A DNA stretch of 18,149 bases, taken from contig JBGSUI010000012.1 of assembly GCA_041736175.1 (NCBI GenBank), positions 1-18,149 on the forward strand, in the 5' to 3' direction. Positions 1 to 9,249 of the stretch are shown one piece after another (the stretch's first letter is position 1; every line of letters begins with the position of its first letter). The notes beneath the pieces were generated by a model, which saw nothing but the letters and a program-made list of their open reading frames with translations, was not told the origin of the DNA and did not search any database. The stretch is from Oligoflexales bacterium (GTDB lineage Bacteria; Bdellovibrionota_B; Oligoflexia; Oligoflexales; CAIYRB01). Both the position numbers and the translations under genes were made by a program.

Positions 1-140
1 GCGACTCATCCATGAGAGCCAGCAGGTCAATCCATTCTTTTGAACAATTGTTTGAACTCATGCCCAAATAGTGCCATAGTTTGCTTACGCGGCCAATACA
101 TATTTTGTGAACTTGTCCAAGTAATTTTTACACACCTCCT

Positions 141-503
141 AGGATACGAGCGTTGCCGGGAGTCCCTGAGTATGTGGCAACGGGGAGTCTAAGTTACAAA
201 TGGTGGCAATTTATTTTTCGTTTATCGTCCCGTTACCAAAGCCAAGTTTGGCGTGACTCTGACAACACCATTGCTGTCCCAGGGTCGACCATTTTTGATA
301 CCACGGTCGACTTTGATGGCAAAAAGTTTAAGAGATTTCCAGTAGCGATTGGGTTCGGTGTATACAACGTCACCGATGAGCGGCGGCTGCCGATCCAAGC
401 CTATGAAACCCGTGCCAACCAAGGTTACACCGCCTATAGCGACTATGGTGGAATGCCACTTCCCGGGAGACAGTGGCGTCTTAGTTTATCGGCTTTGTTC
501 TAG
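141..503 (+). pseudogene. C-terminal fragment of a TonB-dependent outer-membrane receptor (5' part absent in this frame)
   Basis: The translation has TBDR C-terminal signatures: LPGVPE, amphipathic strands, GVYNVTDE and a terminal PLPGRQWRLSLSALF. The frame is closed upstream by TGA at 108-110 and the upstream residues do not look barrel-like. Confidence 0.75.
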
Positions 504-522
504 GGCCTTGATGGAGTGCTGT

Positions 523-894
523 TTAGTAGGTTTTCTTAAATCCAATCAAAGGCAAGATGGCATCGTAGTGGCGCAGAGCATAGCCCACCCATGCCAGTAC
601 GGGGAGGACCACCTGCGGAACAAAAAGGTCACCGACTCGGACATGGGCAAAAATCGCTCCACCCATATATCCCGTCACGAGGATTGTCCCGAAAAAAGCT
701 GTCTGAGGGATCAAAAACAGTGCGGCAACCACTAATTCCAAGATTCCTAACTTTGAAATCAACTCCATGGAAATCCCCAGATGCTCGATTCCCTGGCGCA
801 TTTCCTCGGATGGGGGCATCAGTTTTCCTGCGGCACTAAAAAGCAACATGCCCCCTACCATCACAGTCAAAATCCAACCTGCCTTGGTCCTCAT
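523..894 (-). CDS. DoxX-family membrane protein
   Basis: 123 aa with about 4 hydrophobic helices. Motifs FSAAGKL, LGILEL..LFLIPQT and GYMGGAIFAHVR match DoxX-like proteins. GAGGA lies upstream of the ATG. Confidence 0.85.
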   Translation of the reverse strand: MRTKAGWILTVMVGGMLLFSAAGKLMPPSEEMRQGIEHLGISMELISKLGILELVVAALFLIPQTAFFGTILVTGYMGGAIFAHVRVGDLFVPQVVLPVLAWVGYALRHYDAILPLIGFKKTY

Positions 895-1081
895 GGGTTT
901 TTATCCTCTTTTTAGGGTGACTCTCTTTATCTTACCATCTTGCTAGATGGTCGGCTGAAAGATCTCGGTCATTAAAAAATGAGGCCGTAGAGTCATCCGA
1001 TAAATAGATCCAAAAGGTTTAGTAAATCTGGATTTTTAGATCCTGATGAAGAACTTTCTCGCGCGACACTATTCCGATCTC

Positions 1082-2143
1082 TTAGCCAGCAGATTTTTGG
1101 GGCAGAGCCGGTGCTTGGGAGAAAGGCTTAGGGTTATAGAGGCTTCGACCCCTAAGTTGGGGTAGGCGGGGACCTTTGATCTCGGGATATTCCCCGGTCA
1201 AAGTTTCAAGAAAAGCGACGATTTTAGTGACATCTTCATTTTTAAGGTCTTTCCCTAGCTGGGTTTTTGCCATCACCCGGACGGCTTCGTCTAGGGAGAC
1301 GACGGAGCCATTATGAAAGTACGGAGCTGAAACGGCGATATTGCGAAGGGTAGGAACCCTCCAGAAATTTTTGTCCGCAGGGTTTTTGGTTGCGGTAAAC
1401 CGTCCCAAGTCATCCGTTAAGCGGTATCTCGACTCGTAGGCCGAACCAGCCACTGTGGGGAATTTTTGAAAAAATCCAGTGCCCATAGGCAGCGAGGGTC
1501 CAGAAAAATTTCCCCCCGAATGGCATGCAATGCATCCAGTGGTTTGAAAAATCTCGTGCCCCTCCTTCGCAACCGTCGAAATCGCCTTTGAATCTCCCTT
1601 TATAAACCGGTCGTAGGGACTATCTTTAGTGATTAAAGTTCTTTCGAAACTGGCGATGGCTTTGGCGATGGTTTGGGGGGTAATTCCCTGAGTGCCAAAG
1701 GCCTCAGTAAACAACTGTTCATATTCAGGTATCGACCGAAGCCTTTGGACTGCAGACTCTAAATGATCCATTCCCATCTCAACGGGATTGGTAATCGGAC
1801 CTAGGGCCTGCTCTTCAAGGGAAGCAGCCCGTCCGTCCCAAAACATAACGCTTTGGTAGGCGGCATTCCAAACAGTCGGTGCAGACCGACCCCCTAGCTG
1901 GCCTCTGACGCCCGCCGAAGCGGCACGATTATCAGTCCCACTACCAAACACGTTGTGGCAAGAGTTGCAAGAAACCGTTCCATCACTGGATAGAATAGGG
2001 TCAAAAAATAGCGCTTTTCCCAACTCAACCTTAGCTGGGGACATAGGGTTATCACGGGGCACCACCACCTCTCCAAGGGGTGTGCCCAAGGCTGTGTTGC
2101 CAGCAAAAACGGTACAAACTAAAGCTAAAACGATTTTTTTCAT
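1082..2143 (-). CDS. ccpA: Di-heme cytochrome c peroxidase (CcpA/MauG family)
   Basis: Two CxxCH motifs (CNSCH, CIACH) plus LGKALFFDPILS, APTVWNA, FWDGRA, NPVEM, RVPTLRN and PYFHNG. The start is moved to MKKIVLALVC (ATG at 2143), which reads as a signal peptide. Confidence 0.93.
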   Translation of the reverse strand: MKKIVLALVCTVFAGNTALGTPLGEVVVPRDNPMSPAKVELGKALFFDPILSSDGTVSCNSCHNVFGSGTDNRAASAGVRGQLGGRSAPTVWNAAYQSVMFWDGRAASLEEQALGPITNPVEMGMDHLESAVQRLRSIPEYEQLFTEAFGTQGITPQTIAKAIASFERTLITKDSPYDRFIKGDSKAISTVAKEGHEIFQTTGCIACHSGGNFSGPSLPMGTGFFQKFPTVAGSAYESRYRLTDDLGRFTATKNPADKNFWRVPTLRNIAVSAPYFHNGSVVSLDEAVRVMAKTQLGKDLKNEDVTKIVAFLETLTGEYPEIKGPRLPQLRGRSLYNPKPFSQAPALPQKSAG

Positions 2144-2351
2144 CCTAAAATCCTTCCGTCTTGTATCTCTAAAGACGCGCTCATGGGGGAGCTGGGGAGC
2201 TATTGAATATCGTAGTATCGCTGAAATTGGGTGATCCGTCACGGGATAAATCAGACTAGCCAATACGCCCAAGGTCTATCGTCCTGTCGGTCATTCGAGT
2301 AAAATAAAGCCAATAGCCTTAGATGTTAGCGTCGCGGATTTGGTGCAAAAT

Positions 2352-3416
2352 ATGATGTCCTTTCATAAAAGTTTGACGAAATTACTATTTGTTACTTATG
2401 GGGTTGTTTTTGGCTCGGATCAAGCAAGAGCAGAAAGTTTAGCCAGAAATACTGACGACCCACCTAAAGGACTCAAAATTAAAGGGGATATCGGTCTCAA
2501 GCTAAACTTTAGCAGTAACGAAGATCAGGGTGACGCCGAAATTGAAGCTGACCTAAAGGTCTCATCCCGTAGGTCCCATGGCTGGAAGGCAGAAATTGCT
2601 GTCGAAGGAGAAAGCGATGACCGCCAAATGAGGCTTAAGGAAGCGCTGGCTAACTGGTCCTCAAAATCCATAGGTTTGAGTATGGGACTTATTGAAAAAA
2701 ATCTCGGAATGGAGTCTCACCAATCCAAGTGGGATCGCCATTTTGATAGCCTCATTTACCGAAAATTCAAAGAATCGGGTCTTGTGGGTGAGGAATTGGG
2801 TGTGTCGCTTTATTCTCCCGAAAAAACCTGGACGGCGAGTCTTGGCTTACCGGAATCCAAGGACTATAATCTAAGAGTTGCTTATAATGCCCCAATTTAT
2901 AAAAACTTCATTATGCCACTGAGCGCTATTGTTCAATCCGATTACTGGTACCAGGGACAGCGTCAAACTATTTATGCGGCAACAGTCGGTCTTAGGACAG
3001 ATCCCCCTGATCCCCCTGATCCCCCTGCTCCCCCTACTCCACGTGAACAGAGGCTTTCTTATGAACTCGAAGTTTGTTATGGAATCGATCCCTCTGCCTC
3101 TGAATGGTCAAAAATCGCAGGTAACGGTGGACTCACTTATTTTTCTGTTGTGCGGAGTGGACTGCGGGTTCCATCGGCCCACCTGGATTTCCAGTCGCCA
3201 CTCAGTGCTCTTGTCGCTCTAGCCCTTATTGAACATCGAGATGACCGACATAGAGTGGTCGCCGGAGAAGGAGGGCTTGGACTTCTGTATTTGAAAGATG
3301 ATTGGCAGCTCCAGTCCCAAATCAAAAGGCAGGTTGATTCCTATCGTTACCCAGATTACAAAACACAAAGTTCATATGACTGGATTTTTGATCTCAAGTT
3401 TTTGGTGAGACTATAA
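2352..3416 (+). CDS. Exported protein, probable outer-membrane beta-barrel/porin-like
   Basis: Signal-peptide-like N-terminus ending ARA, alternating hydrophobic strands and C-terminal WIFDLKFLVRL. Same strand as the CotH gene and directly upstream of it. Start is uncertain (2340-2355). Confidence 0.55.
   Translation: MMSFHKSLTKLLFVTYGVVFGSDQARAESLARNTDDPPKGLKIKGDIGLKLNFSSNEDQGDAEIEADLKVSSRRSHGWKAEIAVEGESDDRQMRLKEALANWSSKSIGLSMGLIEKNLGMESHQSKWDRHFDSLIYRKFKESGLVGEELGVSLYSPEKTWTASLGLPESKDYNLRVAYNAPIYKNFIMPLSAIVQSDYWYQGQRQTIYAATVGLRTDPPDPPDPPAPPTPREQRLSYELEVCYGIDPSASEWSKIAGNGGLTYFSVVRSGLRVPSAHLDFQSPLSALVALALIEHRDDRHRVVAGEGGLGLLYLKDDWQLQSQIKRQVDSYRYPDYKTQSSYDWIFDLKFLVRL
3000..3035 (+). repeat. 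In-frame 9-bp tandem repeat (GATCCCCCT x3 + GCTCCCCCT) encoding DPPDPPDPPAPP
   Basis: Read directly from the sequence. Confidence 0.9.
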
Positions 3417-3493
3417 ACATGTTAGACAATAAACATCTTTTAAGACCTATCTTAAAGGTTCCTATCACATACTCCTTTTGTTTTGGAAATTCT

Positions 3494-4612
3494 ATGGTTC
3501 GTCATCTTATCTATCTTATGTTACTCGTGGGGTGCCAACGAGATCCCCTGGACCGAGATCCGAGCGAATTGAGTCTTTTGGAACTAAAAATCGACCCTAA
3601 GCATTTAAGCGAACTCGAAACAACCGTTGCCGGTAAAAATGAAGTCCCGGGTAAGATCACTGTTCATCAGGGGGCAACCTGGCGCGGAATGATTTCATAC
3701 TCGGGAAAATCCAGTCTTTACCACCGCAAACGAGGGTATCAGGGTGTCGGTCGTGAAGGACGGCTGATGGGATTTAAAAACTTTCGGCTCAGTGCCCAGG
3801 TTAGCGATCCATCGTTTATGCGCAATCTGTTGACCTTCGAAGTCTATGCGTCGATGGGATTTTCCGTTCCTAAAACCGAGTTTGTCGAAGTCTATCTCAA
3901 TGGCGATTTTCAAGGACTTTACCTTTTTATCGAAGAGGTTGACCGAGATTTTTTCAAAACCCGCGGCCTAGACCCATCATCGATCTACAAGGCCCGTTTT
4001 GGTCGGTTGGGAGCGGCCGACCTGAGTCTTTCTTCGATTAACCAACTTCATATTGGCTTTAACGTCGTCTTAGGTGACGAACGCATGTTTGACCTTAAAG
4101 ATTTGATTATGGCGATACAAGATTATCAAAATAACCGTGACAATGGCGTCCTCGACTGGAACGAAGTCGTCAAATATCATGCTGTCACCGTCTTCCTTAA
4201 GCATTGGGACGGCTTTAAAAACAATTACATCCTCCATCGGGCAGGAGATAGTCCCCTATTCCATTGGGTCCCCTGGGACGGGGACCAAATTCTCCAGGAT
4301 CCACTCTTTAAAGGCGATTTCACCTCCGAAAATGCCCTTTGGGGATTTAATGAAATAGCCTCGACGATCATAAACAATCCGATACTGTGCCAGAAATACC
4401 TGGAGCAACTCTCGATTCTAGCCCAAGCGTATAGCTCCGATTCCATAAGAACTTACCTAACTGGACCCGCTAAGAAAATCGCGCTAGCTTATCGCAAAGA
4501 CCCTCTGTTAGGCAAAAAACAGCTAGAAGTGGAAATTGATGGAATCATCTCTACAGCGAGAACATGGCAGCAGCTACTAAAAGAAAAAAGAGCTGCGGCG
4601 ACCTGCCTTTAG
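3494..4612 (+). CDS. cotH: CotH-family atypical kinase, predicted lipoprotein
   Basis: Motifs DPSFMRN, VYLNGDFQGLYLFIEEVD, HWDGFKNNYILH and WVPWDGD. A start at ATG 3494 gives MVRHLIYLMLLVGC with a lipobox; the longest ORF starts at 3419. Confidence 0.88.
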   Translation: MVRHLIYLMLLVGCQRDPLDRDPSELSLLELKIDPKHLSELETTVAGKNEVPGKITVHQGATWRGMISYSGKSSLYHRKRGYQGVGREGRLMGFKNFRLSAQVSDPSFMRNLLTFEVYASMGFSVPKTEFVEVYLNGDFQGLYLFIEEVDRDFFKTRGLDPSSIYKARFGRLGAADLSLSSINQLHIGFNVVLGDERMFDLKDLIMAIQDYQNNRDNGVLDWNEVVKYHAVTVFLKHWDGFKNNYILHRAGDSPLFHWVPWDGDQILQDPLFKGDFTSENALWGFNEIASTIINNPILCQKYLEQLSILAQAYSSDSIRTYLTGPAKKIALAYRKDPLLGKKQLEVEIDGIISTARTWQQLLKEKRAAATCL

Positions 4613-4632
4613 TCCGTTTGGAATAGATTAAA

Positions 4633-5658
4633 CTACTTAGATCTTAGCACAAACACGTTGTCGCCCATCTTTTTTGAATCGGAACCCACCATAAAAGTAT
4701 CGCCATCGATCACTGCTAAAGCTTCGGGATGGGATATGACAGCAGGAAGGTTCCAAACTTTTAAAACTTTTATTTTTCCCGCATTCTTAGAGGACAGCGG
4801 CATTTCTAAGTCTACCAGAAAGATCTTGCGGCACTGTTGGCTCAACACATAGAGTCCCTCGGTCTCATGCTGCGCAAGTTCAGAAAAATCACACTGACTA
4901 TGGGTCCCTGTTATTTGCCACTGGGCCAGGGGCTGGAGAGTTTTGTCGGGTAGAGACTTTGTGTCTTTCGAGATTTCTTTGGTTTGTAGCTTGCCTCGTC
5001 CTACCCCAAATCCTTTGGCCTGACTCCCTTGAGGTCCGTACTCAACGATTTGGGCTGGATACTTCTCCTTGGCAATTAGGAAATGGTCATCGTTCATAAA
5101 AACCAAGCCCTCGCCAAGGGATTTGCGGGACTTTTCCTTGAGGTCCTTAAACTGAAAAGAAATGACTTGATTCATTTTTTTCATATCATGTGAAAATAGA
5201 TAGAGGCTATTGGTGGTTTCCTGTAGCAACACGACCTGACCATTTTTGTCTCGAGTGACTCCTTCCCACTGGGTCAGTACAAAAGATGAAAGCTTTTTGC
5301 ACGCATCGTTTGATACGTCGGAGCAAATTCCGAGGCGTGATTGGATGAAGGCATCAAAAGGGTAGGTTTTTAATTCTGGTTTTACTGGAATTCCATCGAT
5401 GTTCTTCCAATGGAGTTGGTACAAAATGGGGTCTCGATCTGAGACGATATCAAGGGACCACTCGTTGTCATCTCGATTCAGGTGAAACCCCGAAATCTCT
5501 TTAACTGGCAGCTTTAGGACTTTTTGAATGGTGACATCTTTGGTATCTTCTTGAGTTCCTAACAACAGGTCATCAAATTGAATTAAAAATACCAATAAAA
5601 GAAAAACCACGATAAACTGTTGGATAAGTGCTACTTTTCGCTTTTTATAGGCAAGCAT
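4633..5658 (-). CDS. Membrane-anchored beta-propeller, SdiA-regulated/YjiK-like or phytase-like
   Basis: N-terminal basic segment plus TM anchor. Repeated blade motifs EISG, WEGVT, GEGLVF, FSELA and PEALAV..MVGSD. Starts 3 bp after the DUF4956 stop. Confidence 0.6.
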   Translation of the reverse strand: MLAYKKRKVALIQQFIVVFLLLVFLIQFDDLLLGTQEDTKDVTIQKVLKLPVKEISGFHLNRDDNEWSLDIVSDRDPILYQLHWKNIDGIPVKPELKTYPFDAFIQSRLGICSDVSNDACKKLSSFVLTQWEGVTRDKNGQVVLLQETTNSLYLFSHDMKKMNQVISFQFKDLKEKSRKSLGEGLVFMNDDHFLIAKEKYPAQIVEYGPQGSQAKGFGVGRGKLQTKEISKDTKSLPDKTLQPLAQWQITGTHSQCDFSELAQHETEGLYVLSQQCRKIFLVDLEMPLSSKNAGKIKVLKVWNLPAVISHPEALAVIDGDTFMVGSDSKKMGDNVFVLRSK

Positions 5659-5661
5659 GAC

Positions 5662-6381
5662 TTAGGTACCTAACCGATCCGATGGATAAAAGATATTAAT
5701 TTGCGATTGATCGTCGATTGCTTTTAATTTTTTGGTGACCTCGTCATGAAGCTCAATAGAGATTCGAGAGGCATTAAAAACATATGAGGTAATCCCGTCA
5801 TAGGAGCGAGCACTGACAAAATGAGGTCTTACTTTAGCGAGCTGGAGAGCTTCCATCAACTGAGGTGTGATACCATCTTTGGATGAATTAAACGTAATGA
5901 CCCCAAATTGATAGACCCCAGTTTGCAGCCTGGTAAATAGGGACCTTACAAGTGAGTAGGCAAAAAGAAATAAAATAAAAGTCCCTGAAACAAGGTAAAA
6001 TTCTCCAGCGCAGGCAATGGCTAGAGCGAGTGCGATTACGATAAACCCAACATCCTCAGCTCGTTTTACTGGAGTTCTAAACCGCACAAACGATAAAGAT
6101 GCCAAAAGACCTATGGACAAAGTCAAGCTGCTCTGCACCATCCAAAATGTAGCAGCCAGTGCGGGTGTGAGCAGCACCAAACTTCTTGCAAGACTGCCAT
6201 CCTGGGGTTCGTTGTTATGAAAATAAAGAAAGTAAACGGTTTTGAGCAGCCATCCATAACCAAAAGATACCACCAAAATCTGGAGAAACGTCAAAATATC
6301 ACCACTAAATTCTAAATTGCTTTGTTTAAGCCCTTCTAGGAGTGGAGTTATGGCAAAACTGTCCAATTGCTCTAAGCCCAT
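5662..6381 (-). CDS. DUF4956-family membrane protein
   Basis: Multi-TM N-terminus with SIGLLASLSFVRFRTPVK..ED.GF and a soluble C-terminal domain. Overlaps the VTC gene stop, the usual pairing for this family. Confidence 0.88.
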   Translation of the reverse strand: MGLEQLDSFAITPLLEGLKQSNLEFSGDILTFLQILVVSFGYGWLLKTVYFLYFHNNEPQDGSLARSLVLLTPALAATFWMVQSSLTLSIGLLASLSFVRFRTPVKRAEDVGFIVIALALAIACAGEFYLVSGTFILFLFAYSLVRSLFTRLQTGVYQFGVITFNSSKDGITPQLMEALQLAKVRPHFVSARSYDGITSYVFNASRISIELHDEVTKKLKAIDDQSQINIFYPSDRLGT

Positions 6382-7079
6382 TGAGAATACTCCGGTTCGA
6401 TCTGACCGTATTTCATCAGATTTAAACCCATATAAAATTTAGAAAACGAGACTTGTTTGAGCCGCAAAAGCCCCATCAATGGTTGATGGGGTCTTATATC
6501 GGACGTCTTGATCTCCATGACATGAAAAGGCAATCTGGTATCGTTAAAAAAGACATCTTTACCATTGTTAAACCCCTGCACGCGAATATTAATGTCCAAG
6601 GTGATACGGATATCAAACACCCTAAATCGGAGTCTTTCGTAGCTGACGCGGATCGATGGGTAAAGTGGACCGTATTGATTGGCAATCGCCATGATTTTTT
6701 TAAAGGTGGCCTCACTTGAACTTTGGGTCTTAAGGCGGTAGAGATCAGGCCATTCACCGGCTTTGAGTGATATGGCTTCGAGGTGGGCCTTGTACTTTGC
6801 AACGCCATAGATATCTTTGGCTTTAAGGTGAAGCTGGTTGAACGAGTTGCCGTACCCGCGGATTCTAAATTTAGTCTTCTGTGCATTGCCGTTCAAGCAC
6901 TCGTTATAAAAATCATCACCTAAGGTATCGAAGTAGATGGAATCTACACATCCCATCGGAAATGGATCGGAACCACCATAGAGGCTTGTTAATACCTCCC
7001 TGACGTAGCCCAGTTGGTGATGGGGGACAAGCAACTTGTATTCATTATATTGAGTCTTCGGCATCAACATGATCGGCAC
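6372..7079 (-). CDS. VTC-domain (CYTH/TTM) polyphosphate polymerase-like protein
   Basis: Motifs ExK (NEYK), SIYFDT, KFRIRGY, YERLRF, RITLD, VMEIK and FSKF. The start may be GTG 7079 or ATG 7070. Confidence 0.9.
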   Translation of the reverse strand: MPIMLMPKTQYNEYKLLVPHHQLGYVREVLTSLYGGSDPFPMGCVDSIYFDTLGDDFYNECLNGNAQKTKFRIRGYGNSFNQLHLKAKDIYGVAKYKAHLEAISLKAGEWPDLYRLKTQSSSEATFKKIMAIANQYGPLYPSIRVSYERLRFRVFDIRITLDINIRVQGFNNGKDVFFNDTRLPFHVMEIKTSDIRPHQPLMGLLRLKQVSFSKFYMGLNLMKYGQIEPEYSQWA

Positions 7080-7184
7080 TCCACTTCAACTACAAAAAAA
7101 CTATGACCTTGCAAATCAACTAATCAAACTTGGCTCCCGATGTGCCCTAGGCATCGGTGTCCCTTCTCTACCAAAAGACCTCTA

Positions 7185-7200
7185 AGCAAGATTGGGACCA
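7185..7200 (-). promoter_or_regulatory. Candidate sigma54 (-24/-12) promoter for the VTC operon
   Basis: The minus strand reads TGGTCCCAATCTTGCT (GG-N10-GC with TTGCT), about 110 bp upstream of the VTC start. Confidence 0.45.
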
Positions 7201-7301
7201 ACAAAAATTGCCTACTATGGTTGGGTACTTTTCAACTTATTCATCCCTTAGGACCAAGATTTTGCCTAGTGCTCGCCATAGGTGTCAAAAATAGAGTCAT
7301 T

Positions 7302-8399
7302 TTACCGCTGATGCTTGTTAAAGAAATCCAAAACCCTCGGGATAAATTGTTCGTTAAAACTAGGCACGTGCCCCCCTTGGTCGATGGTCCACAGCTCTGC
7401 AGCGCCGTTCTTAGCACAGGACCCATAGACGATCGGTGTGGTCTCCAAGCGAGAGTTTTCGCGCAGGATAGTAAACTTTTCACGATTTATTGATTCTGTC
7501 GAACAACCGTTGACCTTGGCCCAGTGTCCGATAGTCTCCCCGGCACTGGGGTAACGGGGAGTGGTTGGCAAGGTCTGGCCCCCCTGATATTGGATGACGG
7601 GGTCTGCTGTCCCGTGGATGGTTAGCACAGCGACGGGGACCTGGGGCTTACAGTCGGTCACTTGGGGTCTAAGGCTACCTGCGAGGGCTGCAATCGCCGT
7701 GATCCGTAGTGATTCATCACATGCCATGCGATGGGCCATAAAGGCTCCATTCGAATGTCCAAACAGGTAGACTCGTTTCGGATCGACGGGATAGCGGGCG
7801 ATCATTTGACGAATCAAATCTCGAAGGTAAGCCACATCATCAACTTTTGCGTTGGTAAAATTGCAGCAGCTTTCTGTAGCATTCCAAAACCGAGAGGTTA
7901 GACCAGGAGTCGCGCCTGTACTCAAAGCTGGTGTTCCGTTGGGGGCGATAAAAAGATAACCTCGGTCGAGGGCAATCCGTGATAGCCCCAAATAGCGGTC
8001 CTGTCCTTCTGCATCAGAATTAAACCCGTGGAGTAAAATAATCAGCGGGTATTTAGACCCTTGTGGTTTATAGCCGAGGGGGGTCTTGACGCTGACTGGA
8101 CGACTGCCGCCAATGGGGCCTTGAAGGTCGAGGGGAGGGAGTCCGGCATCGATATCCACAGTGTTGCTGTTATCGGGTTCTAGATTTTCATCGCCTACGG
8201 CTGACGGGGTGGATGGATCTGGTGTCTTTTGGGTTTCTGGTCGAGGTTCGACGACCTGTTTTTGTTCAGGGCCTCCTAGATCAGAACCACTCACAGACCG
8301 TCGATCGATTGGATCTTGTTTATAGCTATCCTTAGAACAGCTTATTAAAAGAGATCCCATTGAGAGAAAGGCTACCAAATGTGTCAAAAAAGTGCTCAT
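7302..8399 (-). CDS. PHB-depolymerase/LpqC-LpqP-type alpha/beta hydrolase, predicted lipoprotein
   Basis: Lipobox LLISC, a Pro-rich linker, oxyanion LHG, nucleophile GHSNG, HGTAD and GGH. The FWNATESCC and DDVAYL motifs are typical of this family. Confidence 0.85.
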   Translation of the reverse strand: MSTFLTHLVAFLSMGSLLISCSKDSYKQDPIDRRSVSGSDLGGPEQKQVVEPRPETQKTPDPSTPSAVGDENLEPDNSNTVDIDAGLPPLDLQGPIGGSRPVSVKTPLGYKPQGSKYPLIILLHGFNSDAEGQDRYLGLSRIALDRGYLFIAPNGTPALSTGATPGLTSRFWNATESCCNFTNAKVDDVAYLRDLIRQMIARYPVDPKRVYLFGHSNGAFMAHRMACDESLRITAIAALAGSLRPQVTDCKPQVPVAVLTIHGTADPVIQYQGGQTLPTTPRYPSAGETIGHWAKVNGCSTESINREKFTILRENSRLETTPIVYGSCAKNGAAELWTIDQGGHVPSFNEQFIPRVLDFFNKHQR

Positions 8400-8464
8400 T
8401 GTTCAAACCTTAGACGATAAATTGAGGGGATTTCCCAAGAGTCTTCACACCTGAGGGAGGCGAA

Positions 8465-8480
8465 AGCAATTTGCATTCCA
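8465..8480 (-). promoter_or_regulatory. Candidate sigma54 promoter for the esterase gene
   Basis: The minus strand reads TGGAATGCAAATTGCT (GG-N10-GC), about 65 bp upstream of ATG 8399. Confidence 0.5.
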
Positions 8481-8531
8481 TTAGATGTCGAAAAATTTTA
8501 TGGTCTTAAAGAACAAGCGCCGTGACCCTAT

Positions 8532-8956
8532 TTGGAAACGAATTTTTGGCCTGGATCTCTGGGTCGGCCAGCCGATCGTGATATTGGACCCACGATTTCT
8601 GAAGTGTTTCGCTCCGGGACGACAAGGGCCATTCTACCTAAACTTGCCTTAGTATATTCATGGCTTGGAACAGCTCGCCGGTGCGACATAGAACATACGC
8701 GTCATCAACGGGTTATGTCTTTAATCCCTTGGAATTGCTTACGAGTTGGGAATTCCTATATGCCGTTGATAGCCCATCTATATTCCAAGGGGTTCCCGTA
8801 GTATCTATGTATAGTTTTGGCCTAGGGGACCAGTGGCTTATGCAGGCTAAGTTACGAATCGCTCGTTACACCACGACCATGGTGGAAAAGAAAGCAACCA
8901 TCGACGAACGGCTAGCTCTTATTGGGATCAGTTATCTCTTTGGTGGAGGCAAATGA
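8532..8956 (+). pseudogene. Probable degraded outer-membrane/exported protein gene (overlapping frames)
   Basis: Two overlapping partial ORFs with no good start. The second ends in barrel-like strands (LALIGISYLFGGGK) and its stop overlaps the ATG of a 7-codon stub. Confidence 0.3.
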
Positions 8957-9047
8957 CCGAGAAGCTCATGTGGTAATTCGGCCTCGACCCCACGGCTGGA
9001 CAATGGTAGTAGCTTGAAAAAGCTCCATAAGATTTACCCAGCATGTT

Positions 9048-9139
9048 GATAACTAGCTGAAATTAAGGAGTAAATTTCCAGAAGGGCAAATTGTTACCCC
9101 AACGGTTACCCCCAGATTTTTTTGTTGCTGGGGTTCGGT
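9048..9139. repeat. Island-end repeat copy 1 (putative integrase arm region, tmRNA-like core not adjacent)
   Basis: CTGAAATTAAGG...ATTGTTACCCCAACGGTTACCCCC...TTTTGTTGCTGGGGTTCG aligns with 12769-12860 and ~15555-15644. Confidence 0.85.
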
Positions 9140-9249
9140 GGTGGGCAGGAGGTTGGGTGATTCTCTTGGTAAAGTCCTTTAGGGGGCGTTTAGTTCTGAT
9201 CTCTTGGGGTCAAAAGACCATCCTTACGATGAATCTGATACAGGTGATT

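Noticed and set aside
222..839. Short ORFs 222-422, 349-735 and 591-839
   Set aside because: They are shadows of the TonB-receptor tail and DoxX gene and have no recognisable motifs.
1894..7493. Numerous 60-130 aa alternative-frame or antisense ORFs overlapping ccpA, the barrel gene, cotH, the VTC operon and the esterase 3' end
   Set aside because: They overlap well-supported genes and have no motifs or RBS support.
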